This document shows, in pieces, positions 49,081-61,679 of a DNA stretch of 64,000 nt. The notes below the pieces were generated by a model that saw nothing but the letters and a program-made list of their open reading frames with translations, ran no database searches and was not told the origin of the DNA. Position 1 is the first letter of the stretch. The number at the start of each line of letters is the position of its first letter. Source of the stretch: Podarcis melisellensis (Eukaryota); assembly GCA_964234715.1 (NCBI GenBank), contig OZ174280.1. One strand, written 5' to 3'. A program made the translations under genes and the position numbers.

Positions 49081-50189
49081 GCTATGGTTGCCAGTGGTTT
49101 CTGTATTCGGAGCCTGAAAGGAATTTGCCTGCAGACAGATTGGCCATCAAGATTTTGGGTTAATTGGTGCATCACCAGGACCTGGACCAGCAGCATAAGC
49201 AGGGTACCCAGTTAGAGGGGTCTAGGTGGAAGCCACTGTCCAGAAGCCAAGCATGGGGCAGATGGGCCCTCTGTAAAAAGTTTCAGCCCTCCAGCAGGAG
49301 GCTAAAACAGATACACACTCAATGCCTGAGCCAAAGTCCACCTACAGTACATCTGGAAACAATAAAGTTGTGGCCATTTCTAACCCCAAACGTTGTCTGC
49401 TTGAGTTTGTTTATTACACCTTCGCTATAGCCACTGGGAGTGTGACACTGAGACTGGGACCGCAATGAGATGGTTTCAAAAAGGATGTCACTATTGCTAT
49501 TATTGCTACTGTTGCCCCACAGGCCCCACAACAAACCACAAGTAAGGAAGCATTAGATAATAGGAAAGGCAGGTGGAAAAAGCAGTGTGAAATGTCTTCA
49601 AAAGGCTTAAATGGTGAGGACAGATCAGCTGAAGAAGTTGAAAATAGTTTCTTAGGAGAAAGAACTCTCAGAGGCAAAATCCAAGTCTTTGTCTCCTTCT
49701 TACTATAGACTTCTGCAAGACATTTCCCTTGCCACTGTGGCCAGTTTTGTGTGAAAATGGGACCTAGTATAATGTTAGGTCCTTTCAGTAAAATAGATCG
49801 GACAGTTTACTGTGCCAATTTCTTTTTCCCCTTTCTCCCTACCTCCCATAACCTCCATTTGACCCCTTTTGGCTACAAGGGAGAAATGAAAGCTAAAATG
49901 TTTTCGAATGCTGTTCTGAATGAGCAGTGAATTAATATGTGGCATTTGGAGTCATTTCAGAATTCTAGCATTTGTTTCTTAAATAATAACGGGCCACATT
50001 CATTAAATTTTTAATTTACCACAAAATGAATACACACCTTTATTTTATTTATTTATTGTTGCTGCTGCTCTAAGCAAATGGGCAATATGGACCCTTCGTC
50101 AGGTCCAGGTTATCAATGAGAGCTGGACAGTGGAAACATGTCAATCAGAAGGAAAAAAACTTCAGTTTGCTTCCAGGCCCAATTCAAAG

Positions 50190-50980
50190 TCCTGGGCCAA
50201 TTTGGGACCCGGGACACCTGGTGGGCCAGCTTCTCCCATTTGAATCTGCCCATTTATTAAGATGCTCAGTGGAGGCTCTCTTATGTGTCTCAGCAATGTC
50301 TGCAGTGCATTATAACAAAAGGTGACAATTAAAACATAGAAAACAAAACCATAAAATAGGCACATTTGTTGGAGACCAGGGAGACAGCTTTCATTGCAGC
50401 TCTGCAGCTCCTTGCCTAGGGGGGTGTGCCTCACTCCCTCTCCAATGCCCCTTATCATAAGACCTTTCTTTAGAAAGAAGAATGTGGCTTGTAAGAATAT
50501 TTCTTAACAACCTTCTGATATTTTGTTTGGAATGAAATTTTATGCATTTTTCATGCTATGTTTTGTTTTATTTTGTTGTTGAGATTTTTTTGATTTCGTT
50601 TTATAATGCATATGAAACAGAGAGAACAATTATAACAAAAGATGACAATTAAAACATAGAAAACAAAACCATTAAATTGGCATATAAAATACAGTTTCTG
50701 GAATTGCACCCAATGGTGACCCAATAACAGGCATTTTCTGCCATTGCCCATGCACTCTAGAAATGACCTTCTCTCAGCCATACGTGCTTCAAGCATCTTG
50801 TAAAGACATATTTTTGTGTAGGCTTTCTCTGACCCACAGATTGGACCCTGTTAATGCAGAGTTTCTGTTTTAGATATCTTTATGTTTGTACCTCTGATTT
50901 TATTGTGTTGCTTTGTGTGGTGTTTTTGTACACTGCTTGGAGATTTTTCAATATTATGCATTTTAACAGAGCTGAATAAA
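50190..50980 (+). mobile_element. Old L2 3' fragments (at least two)
   Basis: Degenerate L2 C-terminal and 3' UTR sequence (gggacccgggacacctg...ttaagatgctcagtggaggctctc; aataacaggcattttctgccattgcccatgcactctagaaatgaccttc). Confidence 0.55.
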
Positions 50981-53900
50981 ATCAAAGCAGTTATTGTAGA
51001 GGTGTGATCTTTTAGTGTGACAGAGTCAAACCTATGCTCAAACTAAGCTCAGTAGATAGAGAGGAACATGACCACTTATGTGCCAGACCAATAGCGGATT
51101 AAGTCACGTTATCTGTCAACACCTTGCAATTAGATGTCAGACTCTGAACAGGGAAAGGTTTTTGTTTTGGTTTTTTGCAATAAATTTTCCAACAGGAAAA
51201 GAGCCCACAGGGAAGAGTAGTAATAGTAGTTAATATGCCAGCGATATTACTGTAAAGTGGATAAGATTTATTTCAACTGACTTCTGTGCTTTCCGCTATT
51301 CCCTGGCCACGTCTTTGCAAATAGGGTAAAGACTGCATTTTGATACCACATATAATCCCAAACACCTGCCATTTTAAACAGGAAGATTATATAAATCACC
51401 ATTTTAAAGGAGTGTGATTAACAAGACTACAAGGTCCATGCTGGTCTAATCCAGCATGTCAGTTCTTATAAGGGTGCTATGAAAACAGTTGTTGCAAGAC
51501 TTTTAGAAATAGCAAGACTATTGGTTTCTTGATTCTCTCCTCTGAAATGGGACGGACCTACAAAGAGCTTCATAACATGGGCTGCTGATCATGGCTTCAG
51601 ACAGAACTATAACTCCACTGATGGGATGTAAACTGCTTTATCCTAGTACTGGTTAAAGACAACAGTGGCCTGATACCATGACATTTGCTCTGCACTAACC
51701 AGGAAGCACTTACTGTTATGTTTTATATGTATGAGGTCTGAGGCCGACCCTTCTTATCACCAGTTAAATGATCTCTTGGAATAAAGCTGAGAAAAACTTC
51801 TGTCTGAGAACACAATCCATACCCACGTCTGTGTCCCAAAATCCCTCCCACATGGAAACTAAATCTTGAAAGGTGAGTTTTTGCCCAGCTTTCTCCATGA
51901 CATGCTTGTTTTCTATGTGCAGGGATTACTGAAAGGACAGTTCTGTAGATTTCAGCTTATCTCAGTTTCTTTTTTCCAGCATTAATTTCAATTCACCACT
52001 TTTTTGTATCAGTTTGTGAATTTTCTTTTTAGAGAACCTTCATGAAAATTCATCAGCATTCTACTACGCGTTTCTCCTAATGTACACCTTTTTGTATGCA
52101 ATTTTGCCTAACATATTTTTGTATGTTATTTTCACTAATATGTATGCATTTTATGCACACTTTCCCTTAATATATGCATGGTTGCATGTGTTTTTAGAGG
52201 GAGAACTACATCACAAAATTCAGAGGCATGAATTTCAAAGGATAGCTGTGTTTTGTCTCTTGTGCTATTTTATTATTATTATTAATAATATTGTTTGTTG
52301 AATTTATATACTGCCCTATATATATACAGGGCAGTTCACTGAAAAGTGTTGATTAGGTAGGTTCACATTAAAACACAAACAAAATTCCTCCCCTATCCTT
52401 GTATGTAATGAAAATGCTTCTGAAGTGGAACAGCCTGCACCTTTTAACCATACTATAATGATCTAATATTGTTTTGATGTGTGCCAGTAAAACATTTCCC
52501 CCAAACTATGTTTTGCAGGTTGAGATCATCACTGAAACCATATTTCCTGGGAAGCCAGAATCCCAACGACTGGCTGGAGTGAGGAGATGAATGGGTTAAG
52601 AGGAGGCTTAGATTCTCAAATTATACACTGTTTCATAAAGTAAGAAAAAATCATGCTTGATCCTTTAATTTTTCATGATGTTTATGAAAGAAGGGAATTT
52701 TACTATCAAGAAGTTATTTCCAACATGCCATGAGAATTTGTTGAGAAAGCCCCTTGGGATGGGCAGAGGTCCACTCCCAGCCACGGTCTTGCTTTCTAAC
52801 AACAAAATGGGAGAGATTGTTGATGATATACTATGCAAAACGTTTAAAAGTGTCAGTTATTTCTAAAAAAGAAATGGTCAAAAAACTGTATTTTGATAAA
52901 TATCAGCACAGAAATTCTCAAGGGAAGGAACACGGGAAATGCTTCGCTGCGCACTGTCAAGTGGGTTCCATGGCTACCTTCCAAACGGCCGTTGGCCGAG
53001 TCCAAATGAACTCTTGAATTCTCCCAGGGTTGGGATTTTGTTTTGGTTTTGTGAAAAGGGAAAACAGCATGCACATAAATACTTAGAGAATGAAGCACAA
53101 AGGGGAAGTTTCACTACGATCCCCTATAACGCAATAGCCTAGAAAGTGTCCGGTAGTGCAAATCTATGCATGTTTACTCATGCAAGTGAATCTGACAGGA
53201 TTCAGTGGTGCCTACTCCCCAGTAATGGTAGATTAGTTGACACTGTGAGAGTCCCATAACATAGCATAATGAACAAAACATAATAGATTAATACTCATAT
53301 ATACCAGTCTATATAAGACAAAGCAAAAATATGTCCTGCTCCATCAGTTACCATGCTAAGCAGAAGAAAAAATAGGAAGAAAAAAACCGTATCTCCCTGT
53401 ACCTCTCATTTACCTCAGACCCTGAGGTATTGATGCTTACTCACTAGTTCACACAGCACACTAAGCCAAACAATGGTTTATTAGGATCAGGCAAACTTTG
53501 GCTGCAGCTGGTTAGTGAGGAGAGAGTCCAGGTTCAGATGACATGCTAAGCTAAACCTTGGCTTAGCTCAATACAAAAAAGGACTGGAGAGGAGCACAGT
53601 AGCTGTGGACTCCTCTTAGGGAATCTGCATGTTCTTGTGGTTCCAGTAAGGTATCGTTAGTCTCACCATGTTGTACGAACCCGTCCAGTTTCTCACCATG
53701 ACTGGAGATTGGACATGGTGAGCCGACTGGAGCTGAACCCATTCCAGGCAAAGTTGAGACAACAATGGCTGCTGGGTGACAGGAAGGGGAAGAGTAGAAA
53801 CAACAATTGTAGATACTGTTCTGCCTCACTTGGTCCCTCAAGTCCACGACTGTAAGCTCTATGTGCGCCTGAATCTGTCTTGGAGGAAGGGTAGAATATA

Positions 53901-54399
53901 AACACAATAAACATAAGAATAACAAAAATCTTTTTTAAAGTTTTGCAGAATAAGATCCCATAGATCTTCACTGAATGGTTGAAAGTGAGGAGAAAACTTT
54001 GCCTGGTTACATATGTGAATATGGAGGGAGTTTAAGCACCAGGCAGATGGCTTCTGTCTTAAGAGTTCCTTAAATAAAAGAACCAGCCACAAGTCCTAGA
54101 ACTATGGTTGATTTATGGCTTTAGACATTATTTTTCAGTTGATTTTATATTAAGACTCTGATAATGCATGGTACATTTTTCATAAGTGAAAGACCAGTGC
54201 CTCTTTTAAAATGTTTTTAAAATACTGAGATATGGTGAGGAATTATTGGCAGGGCTTCAGTTATAAAGAAACACACAAGACATTAAACAGCAGCTCCCAT
54301 TTTGGAAGGATTCACTGTGTCCATGAACGTTTCAGCTGTTTATAGATGCCAATCTTCCATTTCCCTCTCTAACTTGAAGTTGTAGCAAATGCTTCGGCC

Positions 54400-55630
54400 A
54401 GGTTTAAAGAAAACTCATCAAAGAATCCTTCCTTAGCAATAGGCTTTGTAATTGCTAGGTTTCATTTTATCAGTGCTAATAAACTGAGAAATGCCCAAAC
54501 CTGTTCTATCTAGTGACTTGTTTCAGTTACGAGCCCCTAGCTTTTCACTAACCTCGTACTTTCCAATACTTTTAATGTGTTTACAATGTTTTTGCAAATC
54601 AGTTTACAATCTAGCAGCATGAGCTGCTGCACCAGAAAACTGTTTTAGGATGAGATTCCAAGGTCAGCTGAACTTGTGGTGGGAATACAGTGGTATATAG
54701 GATATCTCTGCCCAGTTCATGCATACACATAGATGTTTGGTTGTCGCAGTTGAAATGCAACCATGTAGGAGTTCTATGAAGGGAACTATTTGGATGAAGG
54801 GGCTTCCTAACTAAGGATGAATTCTGGAAGACCTGTATGATATACAGGAAGCCAAATAGGGAATTATATTGTTGCAGCTGTTGGGATCTCTCTTCAACAG
54901 GAGAGCATAGAAGAAACCAACTTTGAATTTCTCCTTTGGATCCTGGAGTGCCTCTTCTTGGTCTTCATACTTCAAACTGCTGTTCTTTCTCCTTTTTCGA
55001 ACTTGTTCTGTGTCAAAGTTTGGTAATATTTCTATGTCCTTTGCAATCTCAGTAGCATCTATCAAAAGGTGTTGCAAATCCTCATCACGCCTGCAGTCCA
55101 CAAGGTAATTCTTGGTCACGTGCAATTGGCTGGTGGCTGAATTTAGATTAGCTTCCTTATTTTGTAGTAGCTTGCTTGTAAGATTGACTTCAAAAAAGGA
55201 TGCTGTAACCAGGAATGCTACCAAACCTGAACTGACAAATTGTACCAGCAAGGGTCTTAGCTTCAGTTCAAGAATTGTTCCCAGATAAACCTTTTAGGCT
55301 TGTGTCATCAAATATCAAATATCATCAAATATCTCTATTAAGGTATAGTATATACTACCAAGGTGATATCTCAGTTTCAAAGCATCAATCCGATTATCCC
55401 ATCTTGTTTTGCTCAGTGACTTAACAGTTATGCCTAAGTTATGATACATGGCTAGTTAAAATTTGCCAATGTTGAGTCTATGCAGGGAATTATAGATCTG
55501 TTGAACCAAATGGGGGAGGGGGGAATTGTTGCTTCCAGACAACACTTAGTGGCATCATTAACTACCAAGTTTAAAGAGTGTGCATTGCAGGGCACAAAAA
55601 GGGCGTGTGGGTTTACATCCAGGACTCCCC
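54400..55630 (-). pseudogene. hAT transposase relic (Tip100/ZMYM1-like)
   Basis: The minus strand gives NPHALFVPCNAHSLNLVVNDA (CxxH motif, about 55615-55553), TVKSLSKTRWDNRIDALK (hAT TRW motif, about 55430-55377) and ORF 54811..55251 (EVNLTSKLLQ...DPKEKFKVGFFY). Multiple frameshifts. Confidence 0.88.
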
Positions 55631-56099
55631 CCCCCCCCCGCCGCTGCCTTTAAAATTAATGTCATTTTCACTTTTTTTGTTTGTTTGTGTGAGTATTACC
55701 TAACCTGAAACAAATTCTATGTTCTATTTATTTCATTTATAAATATATATAGTAACCCATGTCGGAAGTGGGCAAAACTAAAAAAAAAAAAAAAAAAGCT
55801 CAGCAACTTTTGTGACCAGATTTTCACTTTGTGAAATAATGGCAACGCTATCAAAATAGAAAATAATAGTAAAATATTACCAGAAAATTATAAAATAGAT
55901 CAAAAACTAATCTGTATAAAACCGTGCCCCTCAAAGATCAGTTCTGCACCCCTCTGCTGACTAATTGGGCTAATGGTAGCATCGGCCCTGAACTTACCAA
56001 ATCTGCACTTCCTGAACCAGTGCCAACCCCAACACAGAGAGATCCTTCAAAATTTGTGCTTTTTCAAATTCCATGCATCAAATTATGCATCAAAAATTA

Positions 56100-56265
56100 C
56101 CGTATTTTTTGCACCATAACACTCACTTTTTTCCTCCTAAAAAGTAAGGGGAAATGTCTGTGCATGTTATGGAAATGCCTACGGGTGGCATGCCTACGGA
56201 TTTTCCTCCTCTAAAAACTACGTGCGTGTTATGGTCGGGTGCGTGTTATAGAGCGAAAAATACGG
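56100..56265. mobile_element. Tc1/mariner Tc2/pogo-like MITE nested in an older repeat
   Basis: TA|ccgtattttttgcaccataacac ... gtgttatagagcgaaaaatacgg|TA. Confidence 0.88.
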
Positions 56266-57746
56266 TATATTTTGGTGAAAAGAATAAGAACAAAAATGCA
56301 TTTCATTGCATTGTATTTTTTGAGGGAAATTGCTCACAAATTTGTATTTTCAGCAAAATTGTGTACGAAATGTGTATATGAGGTGAAATGCAACGAATAT
56401 TTTAAAAATGGATGTGAAAGGGGGAAACTGAACTTACGACTGAAAACAAATGAGAATTAACAGATTTGTCTGTCCCTACCCTAAGTCATCCTGGGGCTAG
56501 GCCATTTAGCCCTGGCAATGAACCGGGACTGAATTTGAATCGGCATTCACCAGGGCGGATTCTTGAAACCAATCATCAGTCACAGGCCTGAAGCCTGGAA
56601 TGTATGGCTGAAAAATAGTGTTCCCGGCACATGCGTATTATTGTTTACCTTCCTCATTGACTAACCAAAACCAGCCCACACAAATATTAGGAGCGACGGT
56701 TTCTGGGGCAAAGGCAATGACTTTTCAACAGGCTAACACCCTGTCACCTCTCGTTTTCGAAACACAGTATAGTGATGATCTTTTCAGAGGAATATGCATC
56801 CCGCACCCTTTATTTATAGAAAGCATATTCCTGTCCCCAATACAGCTCTAATTTTGCCTCTTCTGAATTTGCCCCTCAGCCACTTGAGCTTCATTGTATG
56901 GTACCATCAGAGGGTAGGTGTCATTCTTGCCACTTAGCTTAGGAAATAAAACAAGGACAAATGGCCACTTTGTGCAGGAGAACAGTATAGCCCCCCAGTT
57001 GCTCGAGGCAGATGCATTGCAGCATCTGATCCAAAGATCTCATCTACTTTGAACAAAGGAAGTGAAGACAAAGGAAGTGATTTTTGTCCTTTAGCAGCAC
57101 TGCATGTTATAAATGCCTCTTTTCCCCCTTCTAAAATGTAACAGCCTCAGTTATCTGTAGCAGTGGGATATTTAGGCATTCAACAAAAAGGAAGTAAATA
57201 ACAAATTGGCTCACTTTTCAGATTCCACTGGCCTTGGGAATGACCTGAACAAAATTTGTTATCTAGTGGGAGACTCAAGTAAGTATGTCACCCACAGAGT
57301 TCTGTGTTTGTTGTGGCAAGATTCAGATGCACCAGAAAGAGAACTGTCAGAAGACAAGCACAGCGGACATTCATGCTGATTTGTTTTCTCAGGCTGATTA
57401 TTCAGTTTTATACGCTTCTGTATTTTTGCTATTTATATTGTTCCAAATGTTATGTGATGCTATGTTTTATGTGATGTGATGTTTTGCTATTTTATATGTG
57501 ATTTATTGCCTTGCAATGAAGTATGCAAACAGATATATTTCTTGACCAAAGTCTATGGGGCAAACTGACAGGTAGCAGCAGCGTGTGGGGCACAGGGTGA
57601 GCCAAACCATTCTGTTCTATTTCTTTGCACAGGTCAAATGCCTTACAGATTACAAGCTACATTTGACTGGGTAGTTTCCAAGGGGTGAGGGGTGCATACT
57701 CATTTTTTTCACAAATGTGTCAAGAAATGGATTAATGAATCACTAC

Positions 57747-58094
57747 CGGGTGGCGCTGTGGTCTAAACCACAGAGCCTAGGACTTGCCAATCAGAAGGTT
57801 GGCTGTTCGAATCCCCACGACGGGGTGAGCTCCCGTTGTTTGGTCCCAGCTCCTGCCCACCTAGCAGTTCAAAAGCATGTCAAAGTGCAAGTAGATAAAT
57901 AAGTACCGCTCCGGCGGGAAGGTAAACGGCGTTTCCGTGCGCTGCTCTGGTTCGCCAGAAGCGGCTTAGTCATGCTGGCCACATGACCCAGAAGCTGTAC
58001 GCCGGCTCCCTTGGCCAATAAAGCAAGATGAGCGCCGCAACCCCAGAGTTGGTCACAACTGGACCTAATGGTCAGGGGTCCCTTTACCTTTACC
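57747..58094 (+). mobile_element. Sauria SINE (Squam1-type)
   Basis: cgggtggcgctgtggtctaaaccacagagcc, B box gttcgaatccc and a terminal cctttacctttacc. Confidence 0.93.
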
Positions 58095-58204
58095 ATAATA
58101 AAATATAGTTATTCAGCATATATTGGGTTCCATTCAACCAATTTTTACTCAGAGGAGAGCGTTGAAATAAGTGGCCATTAATTTCAGTGGGTCTACTTGA
58201 AGTA

Positions 58205-58431
58205 CAGTGGTATCTTGGTTCTCAAACTTAATCCATTCCGGGAGTCCGTTTCACTCCCGAAACCGTTCAAAAACCAAGGTGCGGCTTCCAATTGGCTACA
58301 GGAGCAGAAGCCACGTCAGACATTTGGCTTCTGAAAAACATTCTCAAAGCAGAACACTTACTTCCGGGTTTGAAGCATTTAGGAGCCAATTTGTTCGACA
58401 ACTAAGCCGTTTGGGAACCAAGGTACCATTG
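58205..58431. mobile_element. Tigger-like MITE
   Basis: TA|cagtggtatcttggttctcaaac ... gtttgggaaccaaggtaccattg|TA. Confidence 0.9.
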
Positions 58432-59257
58432 TACAAGTTAGTCATCAACAACAACAGTGTTGTTCTATGTATGTATGCTTTTTGTTTTGTTTTTGGGATT
58501 GTATGCCACTTAGAGATTTATAAATTATTGCGAATTGCTTTTACATAAAAATAATGAAGCCGTACTGGACACTGTTGTTATGATAACAACAAATGCTTTA
58601 TTCATAGAATCTTAAGGCTGTAAGTGATTTTAAAGGGCACCTAGCCCAATCCGCTGCTGATGCATAAAACCCACGGCTACAGCATCCTTGATAAGGGGCT
58701 CTCCAGCCTTTGCTTGCAAAGCTTTAATGAAAGAGAACTTGCCTCCTTCCAAAGCAGTCTGTTCAAACACCTGATACAGCAAGCGCTTACTATTGTTGAG
58801 TTGAAATCCACTTTCTTGTAATTTGAACCTTTTAGTTCAGATCCTACATCCCAGAACAGAGAACTTCTTATACGTTTTCAGGATCCACCCTATTCCTCTG
58901 ATTATAATTTCTTTTCAACAGCTTTTAGTGTTCTGTTCTTATATGATGTGATCTACCAGGGGCCTTAGGGTGAAGGAGGAGGTAATAAATTAAAATCAGC
59001 ATCTTTTAAAGTATGACATAAGGGGGCAAGGGCAGTGGGGAGAAAGAGATGATGCAGGCAACTCTCTCTCTCTCTCTCCTTGATGGCATGGTATGCCCTG
59101 TTCCTCATTTTAATAGCTCCAGATCACCCTGGGTGGACATGACCCAGTTCAAGGCTGCCTTGATCCAATCCAGAAGAGCCCCAGTTCAGTTAGAGAGTTA
59201 GGATTTTGTTGGATTGGTTGTACAGCCCTAATATCCAGCACCTTCATCCTATTTTCA

Positions 59258-59432
59258 TAGGAACTCAGAAAGCTGCCTTATGCCTTATAGTTTAGCACTA
59301 TTACTAACAATGACCAGCCGTGGTTCTCCAGGGTTTCAGAGATGGAATGTTTCCTGGCCCCACCTGGAGATGCCGGGTATTGAACCTGGTACTTTTTGCT
59401 TGCAAAGCAGATTCTTTGCCACGGCCCTTTCC
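59258..59432 (-). mobile_element. Old tRNA-head SINE with a CR1-like tail
   Basis: Minus-strand B box ccaggttcaatacccggcatctccagg, homologous to 18695-18882. Confidence 0.65.
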
Positions 59433-61598
59433 CATCGGATGCAGCCTCTTGAACAAGCACCAGCTTGCTGATGCCACTATTAAACTGTTGTGCTTGTTCT
59501 TAGTTAACCATCCTATTTTCCCCTTCCCACTCTCTCTGTAATGTATGTCTTCAGGTTGTTCCTTCCAGCCCATCACTTAAAATGAGCTTTATTCTCACCA
59601 GTATGTTGTTGTTGTTTTTCATATGGAAACCATATGGTAATAAAGGTGTGTCCATACCCTTCATTTGAGAAGCACTTATAGCTTTGGGAGCTACAAGTAC
59701 TTATGATGTGAAATTCTATCATGTCCTGTAAAGCATGTATAAACAGTTCCTCCCTTCCTAGGAACTGAATCCAAGAAGACATGGGCGGATCTCTTTAGAA
59801 ATCAAGTAAATAAAGTTTCAGTATCCCTCTGAATAGACTTTGTTTGCCCTCAGTGATGTAAGTAATTTGATTGGCTGGCTTATGCTGCAGTGTCATCACA
59901 CAGTCTAATTGTTTTCTAATTGGCTGGTATTGACCAATTTAATCCAAGAACCATTGCCTTCACGTGGAATGGGCATTGTTTGCCATCAGTGACATTTGGC
60001 TGTGCAATGTCGTTGGGTTCATTTCATAAACCCTGATTGGAGAAAGAAGCTGGAATAAAATGGCATCAAGCCAGCAGACAAGGGAAACAAATGTGATAAA
60101 ACAGGATTCCTCTTCCCACACTTCTATTAGCCTTAGGGTGGGATGGGTGGGGGATCCCTTTGGCACCAAAGCTTGCAGCAGGTGTGTAGGGATTCTCATC
60201 AGGATTACTTCTGATAGAACACTGATAAAACCCTATCTATGAGCACTGCAGTCCCATTGAAGATTGACTTCCATGTCTATCATTAGAGGTGGGGACTACT
60301 GTTGTGCAAGCAAAAATCCTTGCACTGACAGGATGAGAGAGGTCTTCTCAGGTTTCGAAATTGCAAAGCATGTGCATATTTGGCAATTGACTTATCTTTA
60401 TGGTTTTTTGTGCGTGGTTTTTTTTTAAAAAAACTCCTCTGCTGCTGAGGGTCCAGGGCATATAATATTTATAAATAATTGCATACTTAAAATATAAAAT
60501 CTCACAAATTAAGATCTAACAGTCCCCAAAAAGATTTTCTAGTCAAACTTGGCTATTGAACATGTAGTTGTCTTAATAAAAAGGCCTTGCAGATTGCATT
60601 TCTCTACACACCACACACAACTTGCTCAGCAGTTCTAAACTGGGATGTTCATTATAACTGGTCTTGTAGGTTTCTTGTATTCTTCACTGACATAACTTGT
60701 CATTGTATTTCATGTAATCTCCTTAATTGATTGAGTTTAGCTGTACTGGCGGAATTTTGCAGGCATGCTGGTCACATGGATATTCTCTGAAATTATACAA
60801 CTTTCAGGATGGGATTCAAGCCTGAGAGTCTACCTCTCTTTAGCTATGATTCATTAAAAGGCTATTGATGGTACTCTGATTTCATCCCCCACACTGGCTG
60901 CCTTACGTATGAATGAAGTGGACTATATTAATCCATCAATGATTATGCTACAGCACATGGCCTGGAGAGCCAGGCCTTGAAACATGTTTATTTCCATTTC
61001 TCCCTTTCAACAATGGCTTTGGAAATGCCTTTATGCCATGATAGCAGAGCCCTGCAGTGATCAAGACAAACAGCTGGCAGCTACAGAGTCACCAACTAAG
61101 GAGCCAAACCCGGGTCTGGCTCCTTAGACTGTTGCTGGAGAATAGGAGACCACTGAGCTGACAGAGGAATTCAAAGAACAACCTTCGAGGTCTGTAGAGC
61201 CAGGACCTTGCCAAGGGTTTTCCCCTGAGCCTGAGGAACCATATGCCTCCCATAATGCCTCACTAGTTCAGTGGTGCAGGGAATGCCCCAGGCAGGAGGC
61301 TATGGGACATCTTCAGATCAGAGAAGTTCTCCAAGAGGGGAACGAGCCTCAAACAAAGCCAAAAGATAAGATAGTCACTGAAAGAACTGGGCAGTCAGAG
61401 TGTTTCCTTTTTTTGATTTCCCTCCCACAGGACAGTTTTCCTTGGGCCTTACTCTTCTCATCCTCCTCCCTTATCAGTAAAACATCAGAGATGACACTCT
61501 GCTGGGAAATTGGAGCAGGTTATCACCACTGGCTACACCACTTCAAAGCGCAGATTAGGACCTCTGCTTTGCTTTGGGACCTCAACAGCATCTGAAGA

Positions 61599-61679
61599 TA
61601 GGGTTGCCATATTATAAAGAACAAAAAATGAGGACACATTAGTTCATGTGCCTGAAAAAGAGGACATATGGTAACCCTA
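61599..61679. mobile_element. 81-bp hAT (Blackjack-like) MITE
   Basis: TIRs tagggttgccata and tatggtaacccta, subterminal gaggaca repeats and an 8-bp TSD tctgaaga / tctgaagc. Confidence 0.85.

Noticed and set aside
54811-55251. Possible domesticated ZMYM1/ZBED-like gene
   Set aside because: The flanking transposase sequence has multiple frameshifts and stops, so it is a decayed transposon.
61030-61595. Possible LTR
   Set aside because: The composition is suggestive, but I could not identify termini, a TSD or a polyadenylation signal.
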